The notes beneath the pieces are model-generated. The model made no database searches, was not told the origin of the DNA, and was given only the letters and a program-made list of their open reading frames with translations. Positions 19,337 to 28,311 of a DNA stretch of 64,000 nucleotides are shown here, in pieces. The DNA comes from an uncultured bacterium. GTDB taxonomy: Bacteria > Fidelibacterota > Marinisomatia > Marinisomatales > UBA1611. Location of the stretch: assembly GCA_943788175.1 (NCBI GenBank), contig CALSPG010000003.1, positions 54,799 through 118,798 on the forward strand. The letters run 5' to 3'. Every line of letters starts with the position of its first letter. The first letter of the stretch is position 1. A program made the position numbers and the translations under genes.

Positions 19337-20062
19337 ATGGCAGGGCATAGCAAGTGGGCAAATATTAAACATCGTAAAGGAGCCCAAGATGCAAAAAGGG
19401 GGAAAGTATTCACAAAAATAATTAAAGAAATCACAGTTGCGGCTAGATTGAATGGTGGTGATTTAGAAGCAAATCCGCGGCTAAGAAGAGCAGTATCTAA
19501 TGCTCGGTCCAATAATATGCCTCAAGATAATATTTTGAGAGCAATTAAAAAAGGCACTGGAGAGCTTGAAGGAGTTAATTATGAGGAAATGATTTATGAA
19601 GCATATGGTCCGATTGGTATAGCAATATATATGGAAGTCATAACAGATAATAAAAACCGAACTGTATCTGAGCTTAGGAATATCCTAAATAAAAATAATG
19701 GTAGCTTAGCTGAGCCAGGTAGTGTTTCTTGGATATTTAAAAGGGTAGGAATGATAATATTGGTATCAAGTTTACCGAATGAAGATACTTTGTTAAATGA
19801 TATTTTAGAAAGTGGCGCTAATGACTTTGAGATAAATGAAAATGAGGCTTATGTCTCGACAGAGCAAAATGAGTTGATGGTGGTTAAAGAGAATCTTGAG
19901 AAAAGAGGATATAATATTAAATCATCAGAACTTATAATGTCCCCGAATTCTTTACAAAGTGTTGATATTGAAGATGCTGATAAAGTCTTGGATTTGATGG
20001 AAATTATTGATAATCATGATGATGTAAATCAAGTGTATTCTAACTTTTTCGTAAAAGACTAA
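19337..20062 (+). CDS. yebC: YebC/PmpR-family DNA-binding transcriptional regulator
   Basis: N-terminus MAGHSKWANIKHRKGAQDAKRGKVFTK; conserved position upstream of ruvC. Confidence 0.95.
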   Translation: MAGHSKWANIKHRKGAQDAKRGKVFTKIIKEITVAARLNGGDLEANPRLRRAVSNARSNNMPQDNILRAIKKGTGELEGVNYEEMIYEAYGPIGIAIYMEVITDNKNRTVSELRNILNKNNGSLAEPGSVSWIFKRVGMIILVSSLPNEDTLLNDILESGANDFEINENEAYVSTEQNELMVVKENLEKRGYNIKSSELIMSPNSLQSVDIEDADKVLDLMEIIDNHDDVNQVYSNFFVKD

Positions 20063-20063
20063 G

Positions 20064-20549
20064 TTGAGTATAAATAGAATTATATCCATTGACCCAGGAA
20101 TTAATATTACGGGCTTTAGCATAATCGACTTTCAAAAATCGCATATTAAGCTTGCTGCTTATGGTGTAATAAAGCCAAATAAAAAAGAGCGTCTTGAAAA
20201 ACGATTGTTGCATTTACATGATGAAACTCATTCTATAATAAATAAATTCAATCCAAGTATTATGGCCATTGAAGATAGCTTCTACAGCAAAAATGTAAAA
20301 TCTGCTGTAGTTTTAGGCCAGTCGCGTGCTTCAATGATGTTAGCTGGAGCTAAACTAGATCTTGATATTTTTCAATTTGCACCTAGGAAAGTAAAACAGT
20401 CCTTATGTGGTAATGGATCAGCAACAAAAGAGCAAGTGCAGTTTATGGTAGCAAGTATTTTAAAGTTAGATGCGCTTCCCCATCCAATAGATATAACAGA
20501 TGCTATGGCAGTTGGGATTTGTTTTGTAAATAATTATAACACTATATAG
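20064..20549 (+). CDS. ruvC: crossover junction endodeoxyribonuclease RuvC
   Basis: IISIDPGINITGFSII and AIEDSFYSKNVKSAV...DITDAMAV catalytic-acid context; TTG start. Confidence 0.9.
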   Translation: MSINRIISIDPGINITGFSIIDFQKSHIKLAAYGVIKPNKKERLEKRLLHLHDETHSIINKFNPSIMAIEDSFYSKNVKSAVVLGQSRASMMLAGAKLDLDIFQFAPRKVKQSLCGNGSATKEQVQFMVASILKLDALPHPIDITDAMAVGICFVNNYNTI

Positions 20550-20566
20550 AATAAAAGAGCACAAGA

Positions 20567-21166
20567 ATGATATCACAAATTACCGGAAAACTAATTTCTT
20601 TAAATGAGGGGTTTGTAATTATAGAATTGAGCGGTTTAGGATTAAAAGTCAATATGTCGACAACTGCCATTAGAAATTTTAAATTAAATGAAATTATATC
20701 TCTTGTTACGCACATGCATGTAAGAGAGGATGCCTTAGATTTATTTGGTTTTATTAATGAATCAGGGAAAAAACTCTTTTTAATGTTAATTTCCATTAGT
20801 GGAATTGGCCCGAAGCTTGGGATGACAATATTAAGTGGAATCGAGCCTGAAAAATTAAAAAACTGTATAATTGCAGGTGATGTAAAAACATTGACTTCTA
20901 TTTCTGGAGTTGGTGCTAAGACTGCTAAACGGATTATTATTGAGTTGAAGGATAAATTTTCTAAAGTTGATGATGAAAATTTAGGTTTCAATGATGATAA
21001 AAATTCTGAAATTATTAATAATATTTTGAATGCATTGATTAGTCTTGGTTATAGCGAAATCGAGTCAAAAAAAGTAATTGAGAAGTTAAGTTTATTGAAT
21101 TCTGACCAGAATAATAAAAGAATTGAAACTTTAATTAAAGAAGCCTTAGATCTACTAAATGCCTAA
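20567..21166 (+). CDS. ruvA: Holliday junction DNA helicase subunit RuvA
   Basis: N-terminus MISQITGKL and two HhH motifs (ISGIGPKLGMTILSG, ISGVGAKTAKRIIIELKDK). Confidence 0.9.
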   Translation: MISQITGKLISLNEGFVIIELSGLGLKVNMSTTAIRNFKLNEIISLVTHMHVREDALDLFGFINESGKKLFLMLISISGIGPKLGMTILSGIEPEKLKNCIIAGDVKTLTSISGVGAKTAKRIIIELKDKFSKVDDENLGFNDDKNSEIINNILNALISLGYSEIESKKVIEKLSLLNSDQNNKRIETLIKEALDLLNA

Positions 21167-22262
21167 TAAACCTAAAAAAACAGCGCTTTATGACTATCAT
21201 ATTGCAAACAGTAATAATGTTGTAGATTTTTCCGGATTTTATCTTCCTGTTTTCTACAGTGGTATAATAGATGAGCACCGCGCAGTAAGAAAAAAAGCAG
21301 CCCTTTTTGATGTTAGTCATATGGGTCAATTAATAATAAGTGGAAAAGAATCTGAAAAATTTGTTCAAACAGTCACAACAAATGATGTCAGTAAACTGAA
21401 TTTTGGACAGGCTCAATATTCTGCAATATGTAATGAATTAGGCGGGTTGATTGATGATGTTATTGTCTATAAACGTAAATCAGATTATATGATAGTAGTT
21501 AATGCTTCAGGCATTGAAAAAAAATACAAGTGGCTCAAATCAGCTTCAACAAAAAGTGTCCAAATTGAAAACAGAAGTAATGAGCTTTCAATGATTGCAA
21601 TACAAGGACCTTTGTCGCGTAAAATTATTCAGGCTAATACATCGGTTGATATTTCAAAATTAAAGTTCTATAATTTTATTGAAAGTATTGATTTTCTTGG
21701 TTTTACCATTTTATTGTCGAGGACTGGTTATACAGGAGAACTTGGTTTTGAAATTTATTGTTCTAATGAAGCAACTAGTTATATTTGGAATTCCATACTT
21801 GAAGAATATAAGAGCACTGGTGTGAAGCCTGCGGGCTTAGGCTCAAGAGATACTTTAAGGCTAGAAATGGGTTATCTTCTTTATGGAAATGATATGAATA
21901 TTAAAACTAATCCTTTCAACGCTGGTCTTGGATGGATTACAAATCTAAATAAAGGTTTTTTTATTGGTCGCGATGAAATAATATTAAATAGAAAAACCAT
22001 AGATACTGTATTAATATATTTTGTAATGATTGAAAAAGGTATTCCAAGATCTGGGTGTGATATAATCATGAAAGATGAGAGTGTCGGTTATGTTACTAGT
22101 GGTACTATCAGTCCTAGTTTGAATAGAGGTATAGGTATTGGTTATATAAAAGCAGATTATATAGGAAAAGATAAACTGATTTCAATTAGAATTAGAGGTC
22201 GAAATAAAAAAGGGGAGTTGGTAAAGGCTCCTTTTTATAAAAGAGGTAGTTTAAATAGCTAA
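21159..22262 (+). CDS. gcvT: glycine cleavage system aminomethyltransferase GcvT
   Basis: ALFDVSHMGQ, RTGYTGELGFEIY and RDTLRLEMGYLLYGNDM motifs; the start overlaps the ruvA 3' end by 8 nt. Confidence 0.9.
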   Translation: MPNKPKKTALYDYHIANSNNVVDFSGFYLPVFYSGIIDEHRAVRKKAALFDVSHMGQLIISGKESEKFVQTVTTNDVSKLNFGQAQYSAICNELGGLIDDVIVYKRKSDYMIVVNASGIEKKYKWLKSASTKSVQIENRSNELSMIAIQGPLSRKIIQANTSVDISKLKFYNFIESIDFLGFTILLSRTGYTGELGFEIYCSNEATSYIWNSILEEYKSTGVKPAGLGSRDTLRLEMGYLLYGNDMNIKTNPFNAGLGWITNLNKGFFIGRDEIILNRKTIDTVLIYFVMIEKGIPRSGCDIIMKDESVGYVTSGTISPSLNRGIGIGYIKADYIGKDKLISIRIRGRNKKGELVKAPFYKRGSLNS

Positions 22263-22323
22263 TTATTGATCATAATTATATATATAATTTAAATTATTAT
22301 ACTTATTTTTAAATCAGCCCAAT

Positions 22324-24786
22324 ATGCCTAAGAAAACTTCCAATAAAAATCATAAACGCCTTGAAATTCTTGGTGTTTTAATTTTGGCTGTTTCTACATT
22401 TATTGTTGTTAGCCTTATTGGACATGATTCCAGCGAAGAATTAGTTATAAGTCCAGATGCTCAAATTAATAATCCTATGGGTATTTTAGGTGTTATTGTA
22501 TCACATTTATTAATCAAACTTGGTTTTGGTTATGTTGCATTAGCGATGCCTGTTTTGGGGATTTATTGGGGATGGGTCTTTTTTTCTAAAAAAGACAAAA
22601 AGCAGCCCCTTAGGCTTTCTTTTTATGGTTTGCTTACTATGCTGCTGCTATCCATTAATGTAGGGGTGGCTTCAATATATTTAAGTCTAGGGCCTTCTAA
22701 ATTTTATTATTCTGGATTTTTTTCAGGCATGCTTGCTGATTTTTTTTTGGATATGTTTAGTGTTTATGGTTGTATAATATTCATCATAGCTGGTTATGTA
22801 ATGTTGGTTAGAGCATATTTCGATCTTGATTTATATAAGCCAATATTGATTTTAAAAGAAAAAATGTTATCAACGTGGAATGATTATTTAGAAAACCGTG
22901 AATTAATTGCAAAAGAAAATGAAAAAAGAAATCATACAAATGAACTAAAATCTAAAATTAATTTAGTTGATGATGTAAACAATAAATCAATAATTGAAGA
23001 ATCTATAGATGTTTTAGAACTTAGTTCAACTGAGGAACATTCAACTGAGGAACATTCAACTGAGGAACATTCAACTGAGGAACATTCAACTGAGGAACAT
23101 TCAACTGAGGAACATTCAACTGAGGAACATTCAACTGAGGAACATTCAACTGAGGAACATTCAACTGAGGAACATTCAACTGAGGAACATTCAACTGAGG
23201 AACATTCAACTGAGGAACATTCAACTGAGTTGGACGATATTGCTCAAAAAATAGCTGAAGATTTAAATATCGAAGAAATGGCAAAAAACGCGGAGGTTGA
23301 TATTGATGATATCGAAGATAGAAAAAAACCAAAACGTAAATATATACTACCTTCATCGGATTTGCTGATAGACCCGGTAAGTATATCAGATTCTTTGAGT
23401 AGAGATGAATTAGTCGAAAGAGCAAATTACTTAACTCAGTCTCTTTCTACTTATGGGGTAGAAGGTAAAGTTGTCAATGTCCATCCGGGCCCTGTTATTA
23501 CCTTATTTGAAGTTGAGCCTGCCGAAGGCGTAAGAGTAAATAAATTTGTCCAGCTATCTGATGATTTAGCAAGAGTTATGGAAGCTAGTAGTGTTAGGGT
23601 TATTGCACCAATTCCTGGGAGGTCTTCTGTGGGTATTGAAATACCTAATCGGAATCCAGCAACTGTTTATTTTAAATCGGTTGTTAATAGTCCTGAATTT
23701 GCTGAATCTGATTCAATGCTCACGTTAGCTATTGGTAAAACAACATCTGGAGAAATTGCAACTCTTGATTTAGGGAAAATGCCGCACTTATTAATTGCTG
23801 GTACAACTGGTTCAGGTAAATCTGTATGTATTAATACTATTATATGCAGCATTCTTTACCATGCGAGCCCAGATGAAGTAAAATTTGTAATGATTGACCC
23901 TAAAAAAGTTGAAATGACTTTATATAAAAAGTTAGAAGGCTATCATTTATTAAAAATGGCGGATATTGACGAGCCAATTGTAACCTCAGTAGACAATGCT
24001 ATCCTTTCGTTAAGGGCACTTGAAAAGGAAATGGATAGACGTTATAACGTTCTTGCTGAGGCTGTTGTAAGAAATATTTCTGAATATAATAATAAGATGA
24101 AAAAAGCCGATCAGTTAATTATGCCTTATATCGTTCTCGTTATAGATGAGTTAGCTGATTTAATGATGTTATCTGCAAAAGATGTTGAGGCTCCTATAGC
24201 AAGGCTTGCTCAGTTAGCTAGGGCCGTAGGTATTCATTTAGTTATTGCGACGCAGAGACCTTCAGTCGATGTCATTACTGGTGTTATTAAAGCAAATTTT
24301 CCTTCAAGAATCGCATTCCAAGTTGCTAGTAAAATTGATTCAAGAACTATTATTGACCAACCTGGAGCAGATAAATTAATTGGCAGGGGTGATATGTTGC
24401 ACCTTGGAACTGGTAGTTCTGATGTTTTTAGAATGCATAATGCATTTTTAACCTTAGAAGAGATAGAAGCAATTATGGGGCATGTTATTGAACAGCCTAA
24501 ATCTGAAAGTAATATTCTGCCATCTGTTCGCGAATCTCTCCACAATGAATATGGAGGTAGCGATGATGGTTCCAATGATGAATTATTTAATGATGCCATA
24601 GCTCTTGTTGTAACGCACCAACAAGGTTCAATATCCCTTTTACAGCGACGGTTAAAAGTAGGCTATTCAAGAGCAGCACGATTAATTGATGAAATGGAAC
24701 AGTCGGGTATTGTTGGGCCTTTTACTGGAAGTAAAGCGAGAGAAGTCCTTGTTGATGAGTCCTATTTAGAAATAATAAAAGACTGA
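22324..24786 (+). CDS. ftsK: DNA translocase FtsK/SpoIIIE
   Basis: N-terminal TM domain, repeat linker, motor domain with Walker A AGTTGSGKSVCIN and Walker B VLVIDELADL, and a C-terminal gamma winged helix (LLQRRLKVGYSRAARLIDEMEQSGIVGP). Confidence 0.95.
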   Translation: MPKKTSNKNHKRLEILGVLILAVSTFIVVSLIGHDSSEELVISPDAQINNPMGILGVIVSHLLIKLGFGYVALAMPVLGIYWGWVFFSKKDKKQPLRLSFYGLLTMLLLSINVGVASIYLSLGPSKFYYSGFFSGMLADFFLDMFSVYGCIIFIIAGYVMLVRAYFDLDLYKPILILKEKMLSTWNDYLENRELIAKENEKRNHTNELKSKINLVDDVNNKSIIEESIDVLELSSTEEHSTEEHSTEEHSTEEHSTEEHSTEEHSTEEHSTEEHSTEEHSTEEHSTEEHSTEEHSTEEHSTELDDIAQKIAEDLNIEEMAKNAEVDIDDIEDRKKPKRKYILPSSDLLIDPVSISDSLSRDELVERANYLTQSLSTYGVEGKVVNVHPGPVITLFEVEPAEGVRVNKFVQLSDDLARVMEASSVRVIAPIPGRSSVGIEIPNRNPATVYFKSVVNSPEFAESDSMLTLAIGKTTSGEIATLDLGKMPHLLIAGTTGSGKSVCINTIICSILYHASPDEVKFVMIDPKKVEMTLYKKLEGYHLLKMADIDEPIVTSVDNAILSLRALEKEMDRRYNVLAEAVVRNISEYNNKMKKADQLIMPYIVLVIDELADLMMLSAKDVEAPIARLAQLARAVGIHLVIATQRPSVDVITGVIKANFPSRIAFQVASKIDSRTIIDQPGADKLIGRGDMLHLGTGSSDVFRMHNAFLTLEEIEAIMGHVIEQPKSESNILPSVRESLHNEYGGSDDGSNDELFNDAIALVVTHQQGSISLLQRRLKVGYSRAARLIDEMEQSGIVGPFTGSKAREVLVDESYLEIIKD
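23026..23229. repeat. 15-bp perfect tandem repeat, 13 full copies plus 9 nt, in frame within the ftsK linker
   Basis: TCAACTGAGGAACAT is repeated head-to-tail from 23026 to 23220 with no substitution I could see, then TCAACTGAG. It encodes (STEEH)13-STE. Confidence 0.98.
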
Positions 24787-24791
24787 TTTTC

Positions 24792-25364
24792 TTGAAAGTA
24801 GTTGTCCGTTTTTTAGTAATTTTTAATTTATTTCATATTGCAATGGCAAATCACGTAGATGATTTTTACAAGATGTTAGTAAATTCTGACGTAGCTGCAT
24901 TTAAAATAAAGTATTCTCAGAACCAATTTGATAGTGTTTTTGAATCTGTTGGTACTTGTTATTTTATTGGTCCAGGTGAGTATTTTTATCAATCCGAAGA
25001 TATAGAAATATATGCTCAAGCTGATCAGATTGTCACCAAAAACTTTAAGACAAAACAAGTACTTTATAACTCAGTAAATAAAGACCATTTTAGTTTAATG
25101 ACTTTATTGTCAGGTAAAAAAAACAAAATTAAATTTTTTGATAAATATGACCGAGATTTTAATTATCATTTTACTGTCCCTCAATTAGGATTTGATGGCT
25201 TTTTTTCCTTCAATAACAAAACTGGCCTTATACAAGGTTTAAATTTAGAGATTGGTCAAAATCAATCAATGTACATTGAAGTTATTTCGATTGAGTTGAT
25301 TGATAATTTTTCTATGCCAAAAATAAATGTTGAAAATTTTGATTTAATTGATTTACGTGGCTAA
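24792..25364 (+). CDS. LolA-like outer-membrane lipoprotein carrier (putative)
   Basis: Signal peptide, about 190 aa, directly after ftsK (the ftsK-lolA order is known from E. coli), with a C-terminal ...FDLIDLR pattern. TTG start. Weak similarity judged from memory only. Confidence 0.4.
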   Translation: MKVVVRFLVIFNLFHIAMANHVDDFYKMLVNSDVAAFKIKYSQNQFDSVFESVGTCYFIGPGEYFYQSEDIEIYAQADQIVTKNFKTKQVLYNSVNKDHFSLMTLLSGKKNKIKFFDKYDRDFNYHFTVPQLGFDGFFSFNNKTGLIQGLNLEIGQNQSMYIEVISIELIDNFSMPKINVENFDLIDLRG

Positions 25365-26334
25365 GTATTATAAAATATTAATTTTAGTTTTTTTAAGCTT
25401 TTTCGGTTTGTATTATGCTTTTGAGAGCATTGAGTTTTCTGAGCTGTATCACCGCATAATTTCTGTTGACCTTTTAAAATTAATATTAGCAATATCGATT
25501 CTTATGTTATCGGCCATTATTAGAGCGAAAAGATTAAAGTATATTATATTGCCATTAGATACTGATATATCTACGCATCATTTATTTGGAGCAACAATGA
25601 TAGGTTATTTTGGTAATGGTATACTTTTTTTTCGATTAGGTGAATTGTTAAAAGCTTTTTCAATTTCTCAAGGCAATAATATTAAAACTGCAGAATCTTT
25701 TGGGGTTGTTATGTTAGAGAGGGTAATGGATGCGCTTACGGTTTTTATTTTAATAGTCTTTTTTCTGCCATTTATTCCTCTTGAAAATCAAACTATCCGA
25801 TACTGGGTTATTGCTTTTGTAGTAGTTACTATTGTTTTTGTAGGCTCTTTGTTTCTAATAAAGTTTATAAACTGGAAGCATATGATTTTATCATTTAGTA
25901 TTCTGAATGAATCATTCAAAAATAAACTTATAACTGTCACAGAAAAAATTTTTAAAGGACTCGAATTAATTTTTAAGACCAAACATAATCTTAAAATCAT
26001 GCTTTGTACTGTATTAATTTGGATATGCTATTTCATAATGACAATGTTGCTAATGGAGTCGTGCCATATTGAGTTAAGTTTAGATAAAGTTTTCATTATG
26101 CTTTTGATAGGTGCGATTATAGTAGCTGTTCCGGCTTTGCCTGGGGGGTTGGGCACTTATGAGGCTGGAATAACATATACAATGACATTGTTGTTTTTTG
26201 TTTCTAAAGATTTATCTTTGACTTATGCGATTGTTTCTCATGCATCTAATTACATACCTTACATGTTGGTAGGGTCATTCTATTTTTTCAAGAGTGGTCT
26301 AAAATTTGGATCAATTAATAAGGCTAATTTTTAG
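25348..26334 (+). CDS. UPF0104 / lysylphosphatidylglycerol-synthase-TM-region family membrane protein
   Basis: Polytopic; motif VPALPGGLGTYEAG. The start is ambiguous (TTG 25348 or GTG 25357). Confidence 0.7.
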   Translation: MIYVAKYYKILILVFLSFFGLYYAFESIEFSELYHRIISVDLLKLILAISILMLSAIIRAKRLKYIILPLDTDISTHHLFGATMIGYFGNGILFFRLGELLKAFSISQGNNIKTAESFGVVMLERVMDALTVFILIVFFLPFIPLENQTIRYWVIAFVVVTIVFVGSLFLIKFINWKHMILSFSILNESFKNKLITVTEKIFKGLELIFKTKHNLKIMLCTVLIWICYFIMTMLLMESCHIELSLDKVFIMLLIGAIIVAVPALPGGLGTYEAGITYTMTLLFFVSKDLSLTYAIVSHASNYIPYMLVGSFYFFKSGLKFGSINKANF

Positions 26335-26336
26335 GA

Positions 26337-26882
26337 GTGAGTAAAAAATATGATTGTATTTTTCTTGATAGAGATGGCACTATAAACATAGACCCTGGAT
26401 ATATTTCTAAATTACAAGATTTTAAATTTTTTGACTTTGCTGTTACGGCTTTAGATATGTTAAAAACATTAACTAATAATTTTATCATTATTACAAATCA
26501 GTCAGGGGTTTCTAGGGGGTTGATTCTTGAAGCAGATTTAATAAAAATAAATGAGTATATTTTTGAAGAATTTTCAAAAAATAACCTCGGATTATTAGAT
26601 ATTTATTATTGTATAGACCACCCAGATAACTCATCAGGAAGGAGAAAGCCAGGTGTCGAAATGTTTGTTGAAGCTTCAGATAAATATTGCCTTGACCTTT
26701 CCAGGTGTTTAATGATTGGTGACTCGAAAACGGATATATTGCCCGCAAAGATTTTGGGTATGGAATCAATGTTGGTTTTGTCAGGGAAGGGCGAAAAATA
26801 TAAAAACAGTTTTCACGAAGAAGAAAAGCCTGATTACATTTTTAAAAATTTAATGTTTGGGGCGATTGAATTGATAAAATGA
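26337..26882 (+). CDS. gmhB: D-glycero-D-manno-heptose 1,7-bisphosphate phosphatase (HAD family)
   Basis: FLDRDGTIN, ITNQSGVSRG, GRRKPGVEMF and MIGDSKTD motifs; GTG start. Confidence 0.8.
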   Translation: MSKKYDCIFLDRDGTINIDPGYISKLQDFKFFDFAVTALDMLKTLTNNFIIITNQSGVSRGLILEADLIKINEYIFEEFSKNNLGLLDIYYCIDHPDNSSGRRKPGVEMFVEASDKYCLDLSRCLMIGDSKTDILPAKILGMESMLVLSGKGEKYKNSFHEEEKPDYIFKNLMFGAIELIK

Positions 26883-27766
26883 AAGTTGCAGTTATAATGG
26901 GCGGCTCTAGTGCTGAAAAAGATGTCTCAATAAAAACAGGTGAAGCCGTTGTCAAAGCATGTTTAGCAAATGGTTTTGAGGTCTATCCTATAGTTTTTGA
27001 TGATAATTACAAGGATTCCTTCCAGTTGTTAAAAGGCGTTGACATAGTGTTTAATGGGTTGCATGGGACTTTTGGTGAGGATGGAGCAATCCAAAAATGG
27101 TTTGAGCAAAATAATATTTTATTTACAGGGTCGGATTCATTTTCTTCACAAATTTGCATGGATAAAATAAAAAGTAAAAAAATAGTTGGTGAAAATAATA
27201 TTCGCACTCCTGACTGGATTGAAACCAAAAAGGATATGGTCGTCAATCCAGCTTTTTACCCTTGCATAGTCAAGCCAAATGCGCAAGGAAGTACTTTTGG
27301 TCTTTCATTTGTTAAAGAACCGGGTTTGTTGGAGAACGCAATAAATCATAGTCTTGCATTTGATTCAAATGTATTGATTGAGGAATATATTGGGGGTCGG
27401 GAGATTACGGTTGGAGTTTTAGACAATGAAGTATTGCCAATTGTAGAAATTCTCCCAAAGCATAAGCTCTATGATTATGAGTGCAAATACACGCCTGGAA
27501 TGACTAATTATAAATGCCCCATAGAGCTTGATAATAGTTTAAAAGAAAAAATTAATATTGATACAATCAAAATATTTGAATTGCTTGGTTGTCGAGGTTA
27601 TGGAAGAGTCGATTATATAATCGACAATAATAATAATCATTATTTTTTAGAGATAAATACTCTCCCTGGAATGACATCTACTAGCTTGCTTCCGATAGCT
27701 GCAGAAAGCTCAGGCATATCATTTGACGATTTAATAAAAAAGATTATATACTTAGGTCTAAAGTAG
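26879..27766 (+). CDS. ddl: D-alanine--D-alanine ligase
   Basis: N-terminus VAVIMGGSSAEKDVSIKTG, ATP-grasp core, and C-terminal LEINTLPGMTSTSLLP. Confidence 0.92.
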   Translation: MKVAVIMGGSSAEKDVSIKTGEAVVKACLANGFEVYPIVFDDNYKDSFQLLKGVDIVFNGLHGTFGEDGAIQKWFEQNNILFTGSDSFSSQICMDKIKSKKIVGENNIRTPDWIETKKDMVVNPAFYPCIVKPNAQGSTFGLSFVKEPGLLENAINHSLAFDSNVLIEEYIGGREITVGVLDNEVLPIVEILPKHKLYDYECKYTPGMTNYKCPIELDNSLKEKINIDTIKIFELLGCRGYGRVDYIIDNNNNHYFLEINTLPGMTSTSLLPIAAESSGISFDDLIKKIIYLGLK

Positions 27767-27789
27767 TGATAATATGAGGTTGAAAATTT

Positions 27790-27818
27790 TTGACAAAAAT
27801 AATTGTAAATAGTAAATA
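27790..27818 (+). promoter_or_regulatory. candidate sigma70-type promoter for the tRNA-tuf operon
   Basis: TTGACA (27790-27795), a 17-nt spacer, then TAAATA (27813-27818), about 114 nt upstream of tRNA-Thr. This is weak evidence in an AT-rich genome, and FCB-type promoters differ. Confidence 0.25.
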
Positions 27819-27931
27819 CTTATCTGTAAGTTATGAGGCTGTAGGTCTATTTTAATAATAAAATTGTACCGTTTATGTCTTTAAACATAAGAATCAGTGT
27901 AGCTAATTGATAATTATCAAAGAATTGAATT

Positions 27932-28004
27932 GCCACCGTAGCTCAGCTGGTAGAGCAACTGATTTGTAATCAGTCGGTCGGAGGTTCGAGTCCTCTCGGT
28001 GGCT
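27932..28004 (+). tRNA. tRNA-Thr (anticodon UGU)
   Basis: Cloverleaf folded by hand: acceptor GCCACCG/CGGTGGC, D arm GCTC..GAGC, anticodon loop TTTGTAA, T arm GGAGG-TTCGAGT-CCTCT. Confidence 0.93.
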
Positions 28005-28055
28005 CGTAAGTTTGCGTTTTTTTACGGTTTGAATAATGCATGAGTTAAGTTTATC

Positions 28056-28138
28056 GGGGATATGCCCGAGCGGCCAAAGGGAGCAGACTGTAAATCTGCC
28101 GGCGTATGCCTTCGGAGGTTCGAATCCTTCTGTCCCCA
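28056..28138 (+). tRNA. tRNA-Tyr (anticodon GUA), long variable arm
   Basis: Acceptor GGGGATA/TGTCCCC, anticodon loop with GTA (CTGTAAA), long extra arm, T arm GGAGG-TTCGAAT-CCTTC. Confidence 0.92.
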
Positions 28139-28142
28139 CTTT

Positions 28143-28213
28143 GCGAGTGTAGTTCAATGGTAGAACCCCAGCCTTCCAAGCTGGTGATGTGGGTTCGATC
28201 CCCATCACTCGCT
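28143..28213 (+). tRNA. tRNA-Gly (anticodon UCC)
   Basis: Acceptor GCGAGTG/CACTCGC, anticodon stem CCAGC/GCTGG with loop CTTCCAA, T loop TTCGATC. Confidence 0.92.
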
Positions 28214-28219
28214 CTTTCC

Positions 28220-28291
<72 letters not shown>

Positions 28292-28311
28292 CTATGATTC
28301 TTTGGTTTAGT

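Noticed and set aside
20542-20991. A 149-aa minus-strand ORF, the longest antisense ORF in the window
   Set aside because: It lies entirely antisense to ruvA, whose + strand product has unmistakable RuvA motifs (two HhH motifs). The antisense peptide is low-complexity with no recognisable motif or RBS, and long antisense ORFs are expected opposite codon-biased genes.
27831-27845. A shared motif TTAYGAGGCTGTRG upstream of the tRNA-tuf operon (27831-27844) and upstream of rpsL (40756-40769)
   Set aside because: The core GAGGCTGTAG also occurs inside the tatA coding region (13413-13422). At the rpsL site part of the motif is simply the GGAG ribosome-binding site. Two or three occurrences of a 10-mer are not distinguishable from chance here.
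27907-27920. A perfect 14-bp palindrome TTGATAATTATCAA 12 nt upstream of the first tRNA, with Fur-box-like half-sites
   Set aside because: From a rough base-composition estimate, several perfect 14-bp palindromes are expected by chance in 64 kb at this AT content. The spacing differs from the 7-1-7 Fur consensus, and an iron-regulated tRNA-tuf operon has no precedent that I know of.
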